DNA of 64,000 nt, taken from Octopus sinensis (Eukaryota). Below are positions 27,107-40,062 of this stretch, in pieces (positions within the stretch are counted from its first letter, which is position 1; every line of letters starts with the position of its first letter). Below the pieces are notes generated by a model. That model ran no database searches. It worked only from the letters and a program-made list of their open reading frames with translations, and was not told the DNA's origin. The stretch spans positions 53,258,001 through 53,322,000 of the forward strand of contig NC_043002.1 in NCBI RefSeq assembly GCF_006345805.1, read 5' to 3'. Position numbers and translations under genes: made by a program.

Positions 27107-28067
27107 AATGCTGGCTTTGCTGGATGGAGGTGCTTATCTCCCCCTTTGAAAACATAAGGATACAGAAAATGTGTCATGGCCAACTGGAAACGGTGTTTCC
27201 TAGGGCTAACTAGCAGTAGCATTCTACCCTCTTATGGGACTGCCACATTAAGTTGGCAACAACATTAATTTATATATATATATATTTTTGGGAAAATATC
27301 TTCTAGCATAATCTCAGGTTAGCCTAACCGCACCAACCTTGTGCATGAAATTTAGTGCGTGAAAACTGTTCGGAAGCACATCTGATTAAGTGTACGTGAT
27401 GTAGTGCAGTTTCCCTCTCTTTCTTACAACTGTTTCGAACAACCTGAAAAGATCATGGACGCTAATTTAGCTATTCTGTCTGACAGGAAACATGTGCATG
27501 CACATCAACAAGGGTTTACTTGGAATGACTTCAGGTGTGAGCATGCTAAAAATTAACTTTCCGTCATTTAAAAGTAAATGAATAAATAAACAAACAAAGA
27601 AACAAATAAATGAATAAAAATAAAGTGAATAAAGTGAAATAAAAATGAAAAGTACGTATAACCTGCAGTTACTTGGCAGCATGTATGGTACCGTAGTAAG
27701 TACCGTGCTTTCTATGATTATTTATACGCCTGTGTAATCGCGAACAAATGTAGATCCCCTTCAACTTTGACAGAGCAGGACATCTAGGACGAGGTCGTCT
27801 ATAGGCGAGCTGGCTACTCCAGTATGCAGCTTGTACACATAAGTGAAAAGTCAGAAATAATGTGAAATGAAGTGACCAGCTGAAGGACAAAGCCGTCCGG
27901 TCAACGAAATGAGCCTACGCTTTTATTATCAGGAGCCGAACACCATAACTACTAAACTGGGATTCTTCATGAAATAAAGTCATTGATGTGGATTAGTAAC
28001 TGGCTCTCGAACACAGAGACTGCTACGAGTTCTAAGGTGATACTCCTTGCGGGGTTTTACTATCGTA

Positions 28068-28521
28068 ATTATTCTTTCTATTTTTGACACAAGGCCAGTT
28101 ATTTCGAGGGGAGGTAAGTCGATTGCATCAACCCCAGTACTTGAATGATACTTATAATATCGTACATACCCAAAAGGATGAAAGTAAAAATAATCGATCT
28201 CGATAGAATTCGAACTCAGAACGTAAAGAACTGGAAAAAATTGCAAATCTTTCTCCGATGTGCTAATGTTTCAGCTTTCTCGCTGAATAGTGTAGTATAG
28301 AGTATAGTGGTTTCAAATCTTGGCACGAGGTCAACAATTTTAGGGGAGGCGACAAGTAGATTACATCGGTTCCAGGACTTGATAACTAATTATTTTATCG
28401 ATTTCGAAGAGATGGAAGGCAAAGCCTTACTGGAATTTGATCTTAGAACGTAAAGAGCCGGAAGAAATGCCATAATCATTTTTTGTCCTATAGGCTAACG
28501 ATTCTGCAAGCATGCTGCCTT
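28068..28521 (-). mobile_element. Two tandem degenerate family A SINEs (28068-28285, 28308-28521)
   Basis: Reverse complement of the head/body motifs (GAACTCAGAACGTAAAG, GGATGAAAG). Confidence 0.7.
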
Positions 28522-28758
28522 AGGATTCGAGTATAATAACATCTCATTAAAGTTTGGACCCAAATCCAATAGCTGGTACATGTTTATTACTGTTTTCCTA
28601 AAACATGATGAAAGAGACTGAAGAGTATGGAAATGAGTTTGTTCGGATCTTGAAACACTGGGGTTTAATGTGAAATAGAGAGAACGGAATATCACCGCAG
28701 CATAAGATATAGTTCATTGAATGGTACATAGCATGGTGTGTGTATGTTTGTGTGCGTG

Positions 28759-28798
<40 letters not shown>

Positions 28799-28805
28799 TT
28801 ATAGA

Positions 28806-29135
28806 TAAGAAAAATAAGAAAATAGAGCTAAATCAATTAATAATTATATTTATTAATTATAAAAATAGACATAATCCCTGACAGCCATTTCGACACAGAC
28901 TTTAGTTAAAATAATTAAATCATTATATAGTAGAATCTCGTCGGAAATGGAAAGAAAGATATATCATTACATTTTTATGTGTTTTCTACCCACGAAGAGA
29001 TTCTACTTTATAATTATTTAATTATTGTAATTAAAATCTTTAAAGTCTGAATCGAAACGGCTGTCAGGGATTATGTCTATTTTTATAATTAATAAATATA
29101 ATTATTGATTTGTCTCTATTTTCTTATTTTTCTTA
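28806..29135. repeat. Inverted repeat with ~135-bp arms and a 57-nt spacer, containing HHR remnants
   Basis: 28806-28939 against the rc of 28997-29135. GATTC..GAATC-GAAAC-GGCT-GTC at 29049-29065; CCGACGA on the minus strand at 28938-28944. Confidence 0.82.
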
Positions 29136-29369
29136 AGTCAACATAAACCTTGGTTTATCTAATTACCTATTTATGAATATTAAAATTATATTCAAAATAA
29201 ATAGTAGGTAATAAACCAGTAAATTCATTAGATATTATTATCTCTTAATGAGGCTTATTTAACCTCTAATTGAACTATATTTATAGATAGATAGAGAGAG
29301 AGAGAGAGACAGAGTTTGTTGTATTGAAACGGCATTTTAAATTGAAGGTGATATGATACAACTCACCCG

Positions 29370-29570
29370 AAGGCGGTGAGGTGGCAGAATCGTTAGCACA
29401 CCGGACAAAATGTTTATTGGCACTTCGTTTGTCTTTACGCTCCGAGTTCATATTCTGCCGAGGTGGACTTTGCCTTTCATCCTTTCGGGGTCATTAAAAT
29501 AAGCACCAGTTGAACATGGACGGATATAATCGACTTACACCCTGTTCTTGTGCCAAAATTTGAAACCAGT
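29370..29570 (+). mobile_element. Family A SINE
   Basis: AAGGCGGTGAGGTGGCAGAATCGTTAGCAC...CTTTGCCTTTCATCCTTTCGGGGTC...GTGCCAAAATTTGAAACC. Confidence 0.85.
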
Positions 29571-29669
29571 ATAATACAACTAATCACTTTCCCTGAATAT
29601 TTTAATACGATCTTTAGACATTCTTAGTTGACTTACATGAATATAGTTAGTCTTACATGACAGAACAGG

Positions 29670-29948
29670 GAAGGCATATGGCTAAGTGATTCGTGTATTC
29701 AGCTCACGATTATAACGTCATGAGTAACGCTTTGTGTCCTTGAGCAAGTTGTGTCCACTCAACTGGCTAAAATGATTAGTAGTGGTATTTCAAAAGGCCA
29801 GCCTTGTCATATTCTGTGCCACGCTGAATATTCTTGAAAACTACATTAAGAGTATACATTTGTCTATGGAGTGCTCAGCCACTCCACAGTCTGTTCTGTT
29901 GATCGGATAAACTGGAATACTCGTCCTCTTAACTGAAGGAGTATCAGT
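29670..29948 (+). mobile_element. Degenerate family C SINE, long tail
   Basis: Homologous to the rc of 4545-4868 (GGCCAGCCTTGTCA.ATTCTGTG.CACGCTGAAT). Confidence 0.7.
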
Positions 29949-30470
29949 ATATGACAGAATATATGTTGTAATTTCTGAGAGTAGATTAGAAAATAATGTG
30001 GTTGAATATAGCAATCTTTATTTTGTTTAGCAACAAATCCCAAACAAAATATTACAAACTACTAAATTATTGTATACAAAAATAGAGTAAGTGGATTTTA
30101 TTTTCTAGCAAATTAGTTTTGATTTGTTCAGGAAAATATAATAATGTCCCAGTAGAAATTAAGGTTTCTTGTTATAATTTAATTACTATTACCATGTAAC
30201 TTTTATTTTGTAAAAGTAGAAAATTTTGTATTTCCATTCTTATATTTTTCATTTTTATTTCTTCTCCTCCTTAACTTTGCTCCTTCATTGCATTTTCTAG
30301 AGCAGAAATTAATATATAAATAAAATCTATATGAACATTTTCTTTCTTATTGAGGTTCATTATTATATTTTTTAGAATTTTACGTATGTAATTAGCTTGT
30401 GCAAGATCACTTGTAATTAGATAGCACAATGTTGTCGTTGTTGTTGTTGTCGTCGTTGTTGTTGTTGTTG

Positions 30471-30521
<51 letters not shown>

Positions 30522-30993
30522 CCTTCTCAAGGGAAAAGTAAACGTGATAGATCCTGAAAAAATTAAAAGCAGAACACGATAAAATTAGACACTGCAGCAA
30601 TGCATCAACACTTGTTCATAGAATTGTCATGGAAAAAATCTAGAAATATCAACAGTAGACGAAAAAAAAAAAATGGAATATGACGAAACGATGCGGGAAC
30701 CTCTACGGGATCGTTTAGACTCCTAGAAATAGCAGCCGTAATCTCTCAAATCATGCAATACCCTCTTATAGAAGACGGACGCATTAGACAAAGTAGTTCT
30801 GGATATACAGTAGGACGTGTTGGTCGTATTTGGATGACGTATAATCACAAGCTTGCTCAAGCAGCGCTGATATACGACTAAACAACATGTGCAAAGCAGC
30901 CAATGCTCTTAGCAATACATACAATGTATGTATATATGTATGCATGCGTGTATGTATATGTATGCATCTATACATACATATGTGTGTGTATGA

Positions 30994-31070
<77 letters not shown>

Positions 31071-32081
31071 ATATATGTGTGTGTGTTTGTGTTGTGTGTG
31101 TGTGTTGGGGAAGTTAGTACCAGTTGAACACTGGGGTCGATGTAATTGACTAACACCTTCCACTAAATATGAAACCGTTGTATTTTTAAAGTGAGCTGGC
31201 AGTGTCTTTAGAGCATTTGAAAATGCCTTGCATTATTTATTCCGGTTCTTTACATTCAGAGTTCAAATGTCATATATTTGTCTTTCTCCCTTTCGAGGCT
31301 GATTGAATAAAATAGTAGCCAAGCACTGGATGTTTAGATAGTTGACTAAACTCCACTACCTCTAAAATTGCTTGCCATGTGCCATAGTTTCAAACAATTA
31401 TTATTAATACATTATTATTCATAGTGCACATAAATATATTCAATTGCTTCAGCATTTTGTCTGTCTTTATGTTCTGAGTTCAAATTCCGCCGAGGTCGTG
31501 ATAGAAATGATGGATCTTAGATTTAAGGCCTTTTGAACAAATACAGAACAGATCATTTGTAACAAAAACATAAATAAAAAGAACTGAATTTAAGTAACTT
31601 TAAAAGTAACAAAATTTTATTTATAGCAAGTTAAGAAGAATAATACGAATGAAATTCCATCTATATTATTGAAAAAGGAACCTGCTGACAATATAATTAA
31701 AACGATCTAGAAATCATCAGATAATCATGCTGCAAGCATTGATTATATATAAAAAAAAAATTCGTTACGGATAAACATATATTCTATTTTAAATACAATC
31801 TGCATACCACGAATAATTTGATTTCAATATAAATAAACATCAATGAAAACTAATATAAATTTCGCAGGTGTAATATGTTTTGTGTGCTGCTTTTTTTTCT
31901 TAATATTTTAAATCAGTGTTGAGAATGGTAAACATTGATTACAGGTTCACAGGAGAATATTGATTTTATATTCCTAGGCATAAATAAAAAAAGAATTAGG
32001 ACGTTCATGGCCTTTCCAAAGAAATTATTGAAGAACGCTTTCCTACTATCGACAGCCAGTTTCTTTCTATTTACTAAAAGT

Positions 32082-32347
32082 CTAGCAGTATCGCCCGGCG
32101 TAGCTCGGCTTTGTTTCGACCCTTTAGAATTGGAATTTTTGAAAAGTAAACATTTTGCATTATGTAGCTTGTTATTCTCTTTAAGTGAACATTTTTCTAG
32201 TTGAAATACATCGAAAAATGTCGACACAGCAGTAAAAAAAATCGTAAAAAAGTTGGTCAACTTGCGCCGCAGCGTCTCGGAGGAGATAGTGTTAGTTGAA
32301 GGCTACCAAAACTGCCATACGCAGACGACTTCAGCTTTATATATAGA
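32082..32347 (-). mobile_element. Short non-autonomous Helitron, 266 bp
   Basis: rc starts TCTATATATAAAGCTGAAG and ends GCCGAGCTACGCCGGGCGATACTGCTAG, the same 3' terminus as 21893-22405. Confidence 0.8.
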
Positions 32348-32652
32348 GAGACTAATAAGACAACTATTTCTCTCGAGAGATTAGTGTAATAGATAATCGA
32401 CGGGCTTTCGGAATAGCTACCACTAACTCAGAGAAAAGTACCTGTAAAAATTTACCGGAAAAGACCACAGAATTGAAAGGCAAAAAATATTTAAAAAATG
32501 AAATGCCTTGGGCTAAAAATTCTTTCACGGAAGGAAACAAACACTCAATTCCTTGTCCGTTTCCTTCTTCATGTGGTAGTGATAGCTGTTCTGAAAACCC
32601 GCTGGTCAATTGTTACACACGTCTCACTAATGTAACAGTTTATTTACTAATA

Positions 32653-32815
32653 GGCGCAGGAGTGGCTGTGTGGTAAGTAGCTTGCTAAATAACCACATGG
32701 TTCCGGGTTCAGTCCCACTGCGTGACATCTTGGGCAAGTGTCTTCTGCTATAGCCCCGGGCCGACCAATGCCTTGTGGGTGGATTTGGTAGACGGAAACT
32801 GAAATAAGCCTGTCG

Positions 32816-32848
<33 letters not shown>

Positions 32849-33077
32849 ATATGTGTGTTTGTGTGTCTGTGTTTGTCCCCCTAGCATTGCTTGACAACCG
32901 ATGCTGGTGTGTTTACGTCCCTGTCACTTAGCGGTTCGGCAAGAGAGACCGATAGAATAAGCACTGGGCTTATAAAGAATAAGTCCCGGGGTCGATTTGC
33001 TCGACTAAAGGCGGTGCTCCAGCATGGCCGCAGTCAAATGACTGAAACAAGTAAAAGAGTAAAGAGCAAAAGAGTAA
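32653..33077 (+). mobile_element. Young family B SINE
   Basis: Very close to 37135-37540: tRNA-like head, internal (TA/TG)n, tail GAAACAAGTAAAAGAGTAAAGAG. Confidence 0.92.
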
Positions 33078-33696
33078 TCCTTTAGTGAAGAAAAGATAAT
33101 TGACTGTCTACAGTATCATCCACTTTCGGTTATTAGTTTCTCCATATATATCTGTCAATACCTCTTATTCTGTCACAAACACAGATCTCATACACTTGTG
33201 AACATTTTCACATCGCCACAAAACGTAATAAAGCAATCGAACGTAAAGCGCAGCGATGCTTCGACGAACAATGTGCTTATACAGTTCGTTGTGAAACTAA
33301 GCGGTTTCAAGTCCACTGCGTGATACCTTAGGCTAATGCCATCTACTATAGCTTCGGATTGCCCAATGCCATGTGAGCAAATTTGGTAGATGGAAACTGT
33401 GTGGAAGCCCATCGCAGACGAGGATTTAGCGACAGTATTTTCCGTTTGTTCTGTTTGTTGTGCTTCTATATAATTGTTTTACTCTCTCTCTCTCTCTCTC
33501 TCTCACTCACACACACATCTAAATAACAAAGGTGGCTTATTCGCAATTTACAACCGAAAGGCAGTCATAAGATAAATGCTTTGCTCATGGCTAAGAGTTG
33601 CTTTGATTCTTATTTCTAGCAATACTAGTGCTAAGTAGTACCCTTAGTCACTTAAGTGACGTCTATACTTCTCTCCCTCTCGCTCTCTCTCTCTTA

Positions 33697-33745
<49 letters not shown>

Positions 33746-33835
33746 ATATATATATATATGTATGTAGGTATTTATGTATGTATGTATGTATGTATGTATG
33801 TATGTATGTATGTATGTATGTGTGTGTGTGCGTGT

Positions 33836-33891
<56 letters not shown>

Positions 33892-34358
33892 GTAAAATAA
33901 GGGCAGAGAAGAGTGTCTGACAAGAATTAATTTATCACTAGCAGCAAGAGCTTAACTGTCAATTCTCAATGGTTTTTAATGGATGTAGAATACTTGGTGC
34001 ATTGGATCTTTTGATTGTGATAAGGATAAAGATGAATGTAGCTATATCACTATTACTCTTTCTTGGCACCCATTGGTATTTTCTTCTACCACTCTTTAAG
34101 TATTTTAAGTTCAGTCCGCTACAACAGTAGCAGTAAACATTGTAATTCTTTTATTCTCTAGTTCTGATGAAAAATTTGCTAAAAAATTATAATGGAGTAT
34201 CCTGTATGTTGAAAACCTATATGGTCTTATGGAACCGAGGAGAGCGGTTTATTTCAAATTGAGGTAATGCTTGTATTGATCGATTAAATGGAGCCGCTTG
34301 AAACGGCCGTAATGCACTGATACCTGGACATCCTTGTTACTTGTTTACTTTATATATA

Positions 34359-34427
<69 letters not shown>

Positions 34428-34483
34428 AACAGGTCAAAATTCTATGTTTAATATTTGATACATTTACCTTTTCAGGTATATAA

Positions 34484-35686
34484 ATGGTATTCACTGGAAG
34501 AGAAAAGGCATTTTGTGTGTTGGAGTATACTCGAATGCGGTCGAACAAGACTGTGCTGCGTGCATTTCTGACAGACTTCTCTAAAAAGTTACGAACGGCA
34601 ATGCAGATTTGAACATGGCACAAAAATTTCAAAGAGGAAGGCTGTCTGTGCAAGGCAAAGGGATCTGGATGATCACTAACATCCGAAGAAACGGTCGAAT
34701 GGGTTCGCCAAAATCTCTTGTGAAGCCCCAAGAAATTCATAAGAAGAAGTCTGAAAACTCAGATCCCTCCAACGACATTTTCGTGCATCCCGAGGAAACG
34801 CTTGCTAATGAAACCCTACAAGCTGCAGCTCGTTAGGGCCATAACGGCAGATGACAAGCGAAAGCGCAAGCAATTCTGTGTTGATATGCAAGAGAAACTT
34901 GAAGAAGTCGAGTCCAAGGAACGTCTTGTTTTTAGTGACGAGGCCACATTTCATACGAATGGTAAAGTCAATAAGAAAAGTGTTCGCATTTGGGGCGAAG
35001 AAAATCCTCATGCCACAGTTAAGCATGAGAAGGACTCACCAAAAGTGAATGTGTTCTGCACCATCTCCATGAAACATCTTCATGGCCCGTTTTTCTTTCA
35101 GGGAAATGTAAACGGCAATGTTTATCTGCAAATGCTTCAGAACTGGCTAATGGTTGAGTTCATTTGCAAATGAACATGAAGCCTTTAGTTTTCATCAGGC
35201 TCCACCTCACTAGAAGCTCACTGTGCGGGTTTATCTCAGTGACAATCTGCGAGGGAGATGGATCGGGCGTGCTGGTGATGAAGACAATGTGCTGTTGAAA
35301 TGGCCGCCACGTTCACCTGACCTGACAACTTATGGTTTTTTCTCTGGGGCTATGTGAAGGGCCTGGTCTATGTCTCCCCATTCCTGCAAACCTAGAGGAA
35401 CTCGAGCAGGGGATCACTACCGCACTGGAGACTGTTACCCAAGGTATACTACAGCGTGTTTCGAAGGAGCTGGACTACTGACTTGAAGTGTGTCTCAGGC
35501 GATGCGCATGTTGAACATTTGTGAAATCGTTCATGGAATCGACATACCTTTTAAATTCTCATTCAAATTTGGAGGAATAAATCTTATGTTGGTCAACATT
35601 TAACCTGTTTAGTCCCATTTGCTTTGACTGTGTAGTTTCTGTGATATTTGCATCTCAAATGATATTACATTTTTTGAAACACCCTG
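34484..35686 (+). mobile_element. Degenerate Tc1/mariner transposon, rosa/Visitor (DD41D-like) type with N-terminal HTH
   Basis: MVFTGREKAFCVLEY...MKPYKLQLVRA...VFSDEATFHTNGKVN..VRIWGEENPH...WIGRAG...WPPRSPDLT..FF(LWGYVKG), ending near 35524. Right TIR TTTTGAAACACCCTG ends at 35686; no left TIR seen. Confidence 0.88.
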
Positions 35687-35719
35687 CGATTTCTTTTCCT
35701 CTGTCTTCCCTTCTCCTAT

Positions 35720-35754
35720 GTTTCCGACGAAGAGCTCCGCTCGAAACGTTAAAC
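35720..35754 (+). ncRNA. Minimal type I hammerhead, U4C variant, in a PLE terminal fragment (35687-35860)
   Basis: GTTT-CCGACGA-A-GAGC-TCC-GCTC-GAAA-CGT-T-AAAC. Confidence 0.68.
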
Positions 35755-35864
35755 CCTCCTTCTTCCCTTCCTTCCTGAGAGTCCAATAATACTATATTTG
35801 TTCCACGTTCTCGCGTTGTTGTGTCTTCTCTTTGTGTTTTCATGTTTGGATTAACTATATATAG

Positions 35865-36632
35865 TTAACTGCAAATCTAACGTACAAGCCTAATCATAAA
35901 AATAAAAACATAGACCAAAGCATAGGTAACTCGGATAAAATCAAATTAGATAAATCAAAGAAGCAAATAAATAATAGTAATAAATACAATGACTCTGGTG
36001 AGATTAGTAATAATTCAACTAACCCTAATTCTAATTCAAGGAAATTTAATAAGAAAGATATAATCTGGCTGAATATTCCTTTCAACTGGGCGATTCTATC
36101 GGATATACAAAGCAAATTCAAAGTAATTCTAGAAAAAAATTTCCCAGCCTCTCATAGGTATCATAGAATTATTTCTAAAAAAACAGTTAGGATTTCTTAT
36201 TCAACCCTCCCAAATATGTCAACTTTAATAGCTAAGATTAATAATAATAACATTAAGCTAGCCAGGAAAGATAAAAATAATATCAACATGAATACTAATA
36301 ACAATTGTAATAATACTATCAAAAATAAAAGCAATAAACGCAACAATAGTAACTATCAAAACATAGGTAGAATCAATAACCATGGAATAACTAATAATAA
36401 TATTAGTATTAATAGGAGTAATAATGTTAATAATAGGAGTAATGCTAATAGAGAAAATACAGGGAATGAGGACATCATTGATATCTATAACAACAATATA
36501 CATTCGGATACAAATACTAGCAATAATAGTAACAATACCAATAATGTAGGTAACCATGGTAGGACTTTAGAACTAAATGATGGTGTAAAAGGATCGATAA
36601 ATGATAACACTGCTTTAGATAATAGCATTAAC

Positions 36633-36683
<51 letters not shown>

Positions 36684-37604
36684 GATAAATATACTCATGA
36701 TAATCAGAATAGCAAGAACATAAGACATCTATCCATAAATAATCCAACATCTGAAGATGATCCCCCTACGTGTAATTGTAGAATTAGGTCAAAATGCCCG
36801 GCACCTGGTCTGTGCGGGGTAAGTAACGTAATCTATAAATGTACCATAACTACTGAGAATAGCAATTTTTTTTTTATTTAGGTTGTACTATAAATTTTAG
36901 GAAAAGAATTAGCAATCAAATCTCCTCTTTTAAGTTACGTCGTAAAGCTGGTACTACCACACTTTCAAGTAAGATCTGGGAACTCAAAAATAATAATATT
37001 AAATATAACCTTAATTGGGAAATAGTTAGAAGAGCAATGCCTTATAAAAATAACAGAGTTGGTTGCCAACTCTGCTCCATGGAGACGTATGAAATTCTAA
37101 TGCATAGAAAAAATAGGAATTTGTTAAATAACAAAGGAGTAGCTGTGTTGTAAGTAGCTTGCTAACCAACCACATGGTTCCGGGTTCAGTCCCACTGCGT
37201 GGCATCTTGGGCAAGTGTCTTCTGCTATAGCCCCGGGCCGACCAATGCCTTGTGAGTGGATTTGGTAGACGGAAACTGCAAGAAGCCTGTCGTATATATA
37301 TATATATATATATAAGTGTGTGTGTGTGTCTGTGTTTGTCCCCCTAGCATTGCCTGACAACCGATGCTGGTGTGTTTACGTCCCCGTCACTTAGCGGTTC
37401 GGCAAAAGAGACCGATAGAATAAGTACTGGGCTTACAAAGAATAAGTCCCGGGGTTGATTTGCTCGACTAAAGGCGGTGCTCCAGCATGGCCGCAGTCAA
37501 ATGACTGAAACAAGTAAAAGAGTAAAGAGTAAAAGAGTAACCATATAGAACTGGGTCAATTTTGTATTCACGCTAAAATGAAGACTCTAAAATATTTTAA
37601 ATAA
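35865..37604 (+). pseudogene. 5'-truncated Penelope-like ORF: RT thumb, Asn-rich insert, Cys linker, GIY-YIG endonuclease
   Basis: KKDIIWLNIPFNW..FPASHRYHRIISKKTVRISYSTLPNM; CNCRIRSKCPAPGLCGVSNVIYKC; after a frameshift in T10 (36866-36875), YLGCTINFRKRISN..GCQLCSMETYEIL..LLNN, then a SINE, then HIELGQFCIHAKMKTLKYFK*. Confidence 0.9.
37135..37540 (+). mobile_element. Young family B SINE inserted in the end of the PLE ORF
   Basis: Removing it rejoins NLLNN-HIELGQFC in frame. Confidence 0.9.
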
Positions 37605-38559
37605 GAACCGTATAGAATAATCGTATGGAGATAGATCTATCTTGCTTCTACTAGTAAAACAAAACCTTTAATATTTTTTTAAATAGATAACTGCGAGCTC
37701 TTACACTGTGGTTATTTCTTTCTTTCTAACTGCACCTGATTTTGAACATAAAGAAATAAATAGTATTTGTACGTTGCCTAAAAAAATTTAATTGACTATA
37801 TAGTTAATTTAATCTAATTTTAATCTAATTTAGGTAACACAACTTAAATCAAATAAGTTACTAATACTTCATAATTCTATTATAAAGTTAAATAAGTAAT
37901 GCTACTCCCTTAAAAGTAGTATAAGAAATTTCAATATGATAAGCAATTCTCTCACACCTTGTAAATGACCTCTAGGTATAGACCTACAGTCTGTTCATTG
38001 TATAAACAGTAACAATAATATAAACAGTAACAATAATAAATAAATTAATTAAATGACCTCCTTCTAGTATTGCACTTATTTCTCTTAATGTATTTTCCTC
38101 TAATGATAGCCTTTGACCCCTCTATCCCTTCCCTTGTTCTCTTTAGATTCTTATATCTGCTTTAGTTCCGTAGGATTGGCAATTAATAGCTGTATACTGG
38201 TCAAAAATAATGTTCTCCTTATAATTCTTAGATTCCTGCAAATTCTAAGCCAGACTGTCTGTCTCTACAGAAAGAGACTTTTCTGTGTAGGTGGGTACCT
38301 GCGACCCCTTCCTTCTCAGTTATCCCAGTATGCTCTATGTGGGCAGTTTTTCTTTTTTTCGTCTTCTTCTTTTTCTTTTTTTCTTTTCTTTGCTCCACGA
38401 AATTCCTTCAGACTTTATAATTCTAACATAGCAGTTTTGTGAAATGAACAGAGGTGTGACAAGTATCTTATCATATAGCAGGAAATTATACCCACCTTAC
38501 TGTGGATTAATCATGGATAAATTCATCGTCTGTGAGTATGAAATATCTCCTCATATCTC

Positions 38560-38962
38560 TGGAAATTTGCACCTACAATATGGGTTGATTCACCTTCTCT
38601 GTGAAGCTAATAAGCTTTTTTAAAACCTGTTATAAGACTGTGCATCATCATTAAAGAACTTTGGAAGTCCACCTACAACCTAAATTTTGCTTTTTATAGA
38701 ACTATCTCCGATACTTCATGAGTGTAGTCTCACCCACTAGGATGCTTGGAGAACTCATATGTGTTTTGGGTGATGAGTACGGGACACTTGTATTTGCTGC
38801 AATATTTGCAGCTTTTAATAAAGCTTGTCTTTGTATGAAACAATTGTACTGAAAAACTAATCCATTCTTGTTGCTTTTTTCTCGTTTATAATCACCCAAC
38901 ATTATTGTATGGTTAATACCATATAGTTTTTCTGGTGCATCTAAGTTAAGTACCGCATTCAA
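38560..38962 (-). pseudogene. Possible decayed LINE ORF1 (RRM/C-terminal-like) relic
   Basis: GINHTIMLGDYKREKSNKNGLVFQYNCFIQRQALLKAA, plus DYTHEV in another frame, loosely resembles the ORF1 pattern I.R.HRLG....RPIIVKF..Y..R..VLKAA...EDYT.EV. Weak. Confidence 0.3.
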
Positions 38963-39025
38963 GTGAATTCAATAGAATTGACTTGAATCTTAATTGCTTT
39001 TACTTATATATATATATATATATAT

Positions 39026-39095
<70 letters not shown>

Positions 39096-39203
39096 ATATA
39101 TTTATATATATATATGTATGTATATATATATATATATATATATATTGTATGTATATATATATATATATAATTGTATGTATATATATTTATATATAGATGT
39201 ATG

Positions 39204-39250
<47 letters not shown>

Positions 39251-39582
39251 AAGGCGCATGGTTCAGTGGTTAGAGCGTCGAGCTTACGATCGTGAGGTTG
39301 TGAGCTCGAATCCCGGACCGGGCTGCGTGTTGTGTTCTTGAGCAAGGCACTTTATTTCACTTGCTCCAGTTCACTCAGCTGTAGAAATGAGTTGCGACGT
39401 CACTGGTGCCAAGCTGTATCGACCTTTGTCTTTCCCTTGGATAACACTGGTGGTGTGGAGAGGGGAGGCTGGTATGCATGGGCGACTGCTGGTCTTCCAT
39501 AAACACCTTGCCGGACTTGTGTCTAGGAGGGTAACTTTCTAGGTGCAATCCCATGGTCATTCATGACCGAAGGGGGTCTTTT
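39251..39582 (+). mobile_element. Young family C SINE
   Basis: Near-identical to the rc of 2195-2520. Confidence 0.92.
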
Positions 39583-39586
39583 ACTT

Positions 39587-39639
<53 letters not shown>

Positions 39640-40020
39640 AGACGGTTTGGTGTGCGTGTGATTTGTATGTCGCCCAACCATTTGATAATCAGTTTTGGTT
39701 TCTTTACGTCTGCATAACTTAGTAGTTCTGCAAAGAGACCGATAAAATAGCCAGACTAAAAAGGAAAATAAGTACTGGGATCGATTTTTCCGATTAAACA
39801 ACGCGAAACCCCTTCAGGCGTATGCGAGAGTGTGCCTGTGTATCTGTCGCGCGCGCGTGTTTACGTGTGTAAACACTCTTCAGTCTTGATGAAACACCGT
39901 CAGCTCTGCTGAGAGAGAAAAGTGGTTTAATCAAAGAGTCTATTTGCATATTAAATGTGCGCATCTGAATTTACAACATATTCCAAAACACACAATCACT
40001 GCACTTCACTTAACGTGTGT

Positions 40021-40062
<42 letters not shown>

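Larger units (their letters stand above)
26688..27265. mobile_element. HHR-bearing foldback element: 343-bp monomer, direct terminal repeat, inverted arm
   Basis: AATATTGCATTTCTAAATCTCTC at 26688 and 27031. Inverted arms 26745-26955 / 27054-27265, roughly 85-90% identical. Confidence 0.85.

Noticed and set aside
27494-27702. Possible micro-exons (GACAG|..CAG|GTGTGA; CTGCAG|..GTA|GTAAGT)
   Set aside because: Splice-like motifs alone, with no recognisable peptide.
37998-38036. Short tandem duplications (also 40330-40390 and 44262-44290)
   Set aside because: Ordinary slippage duplications.
38440-38625. FIVCEYEISPHISGNLHLQYG, resembling CRESS/HUH Rep motif II
   Set aside because: No motif I, motif III or helicase motifs on the same strand; likely chance.
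39251-39320. tRNA-like sequences with A/B boxes (also 2450-2520 and 51260-51330)
   Set aside because: These are SINE heads; the acceptor stem is incomplete and they continue into repeat bodies.
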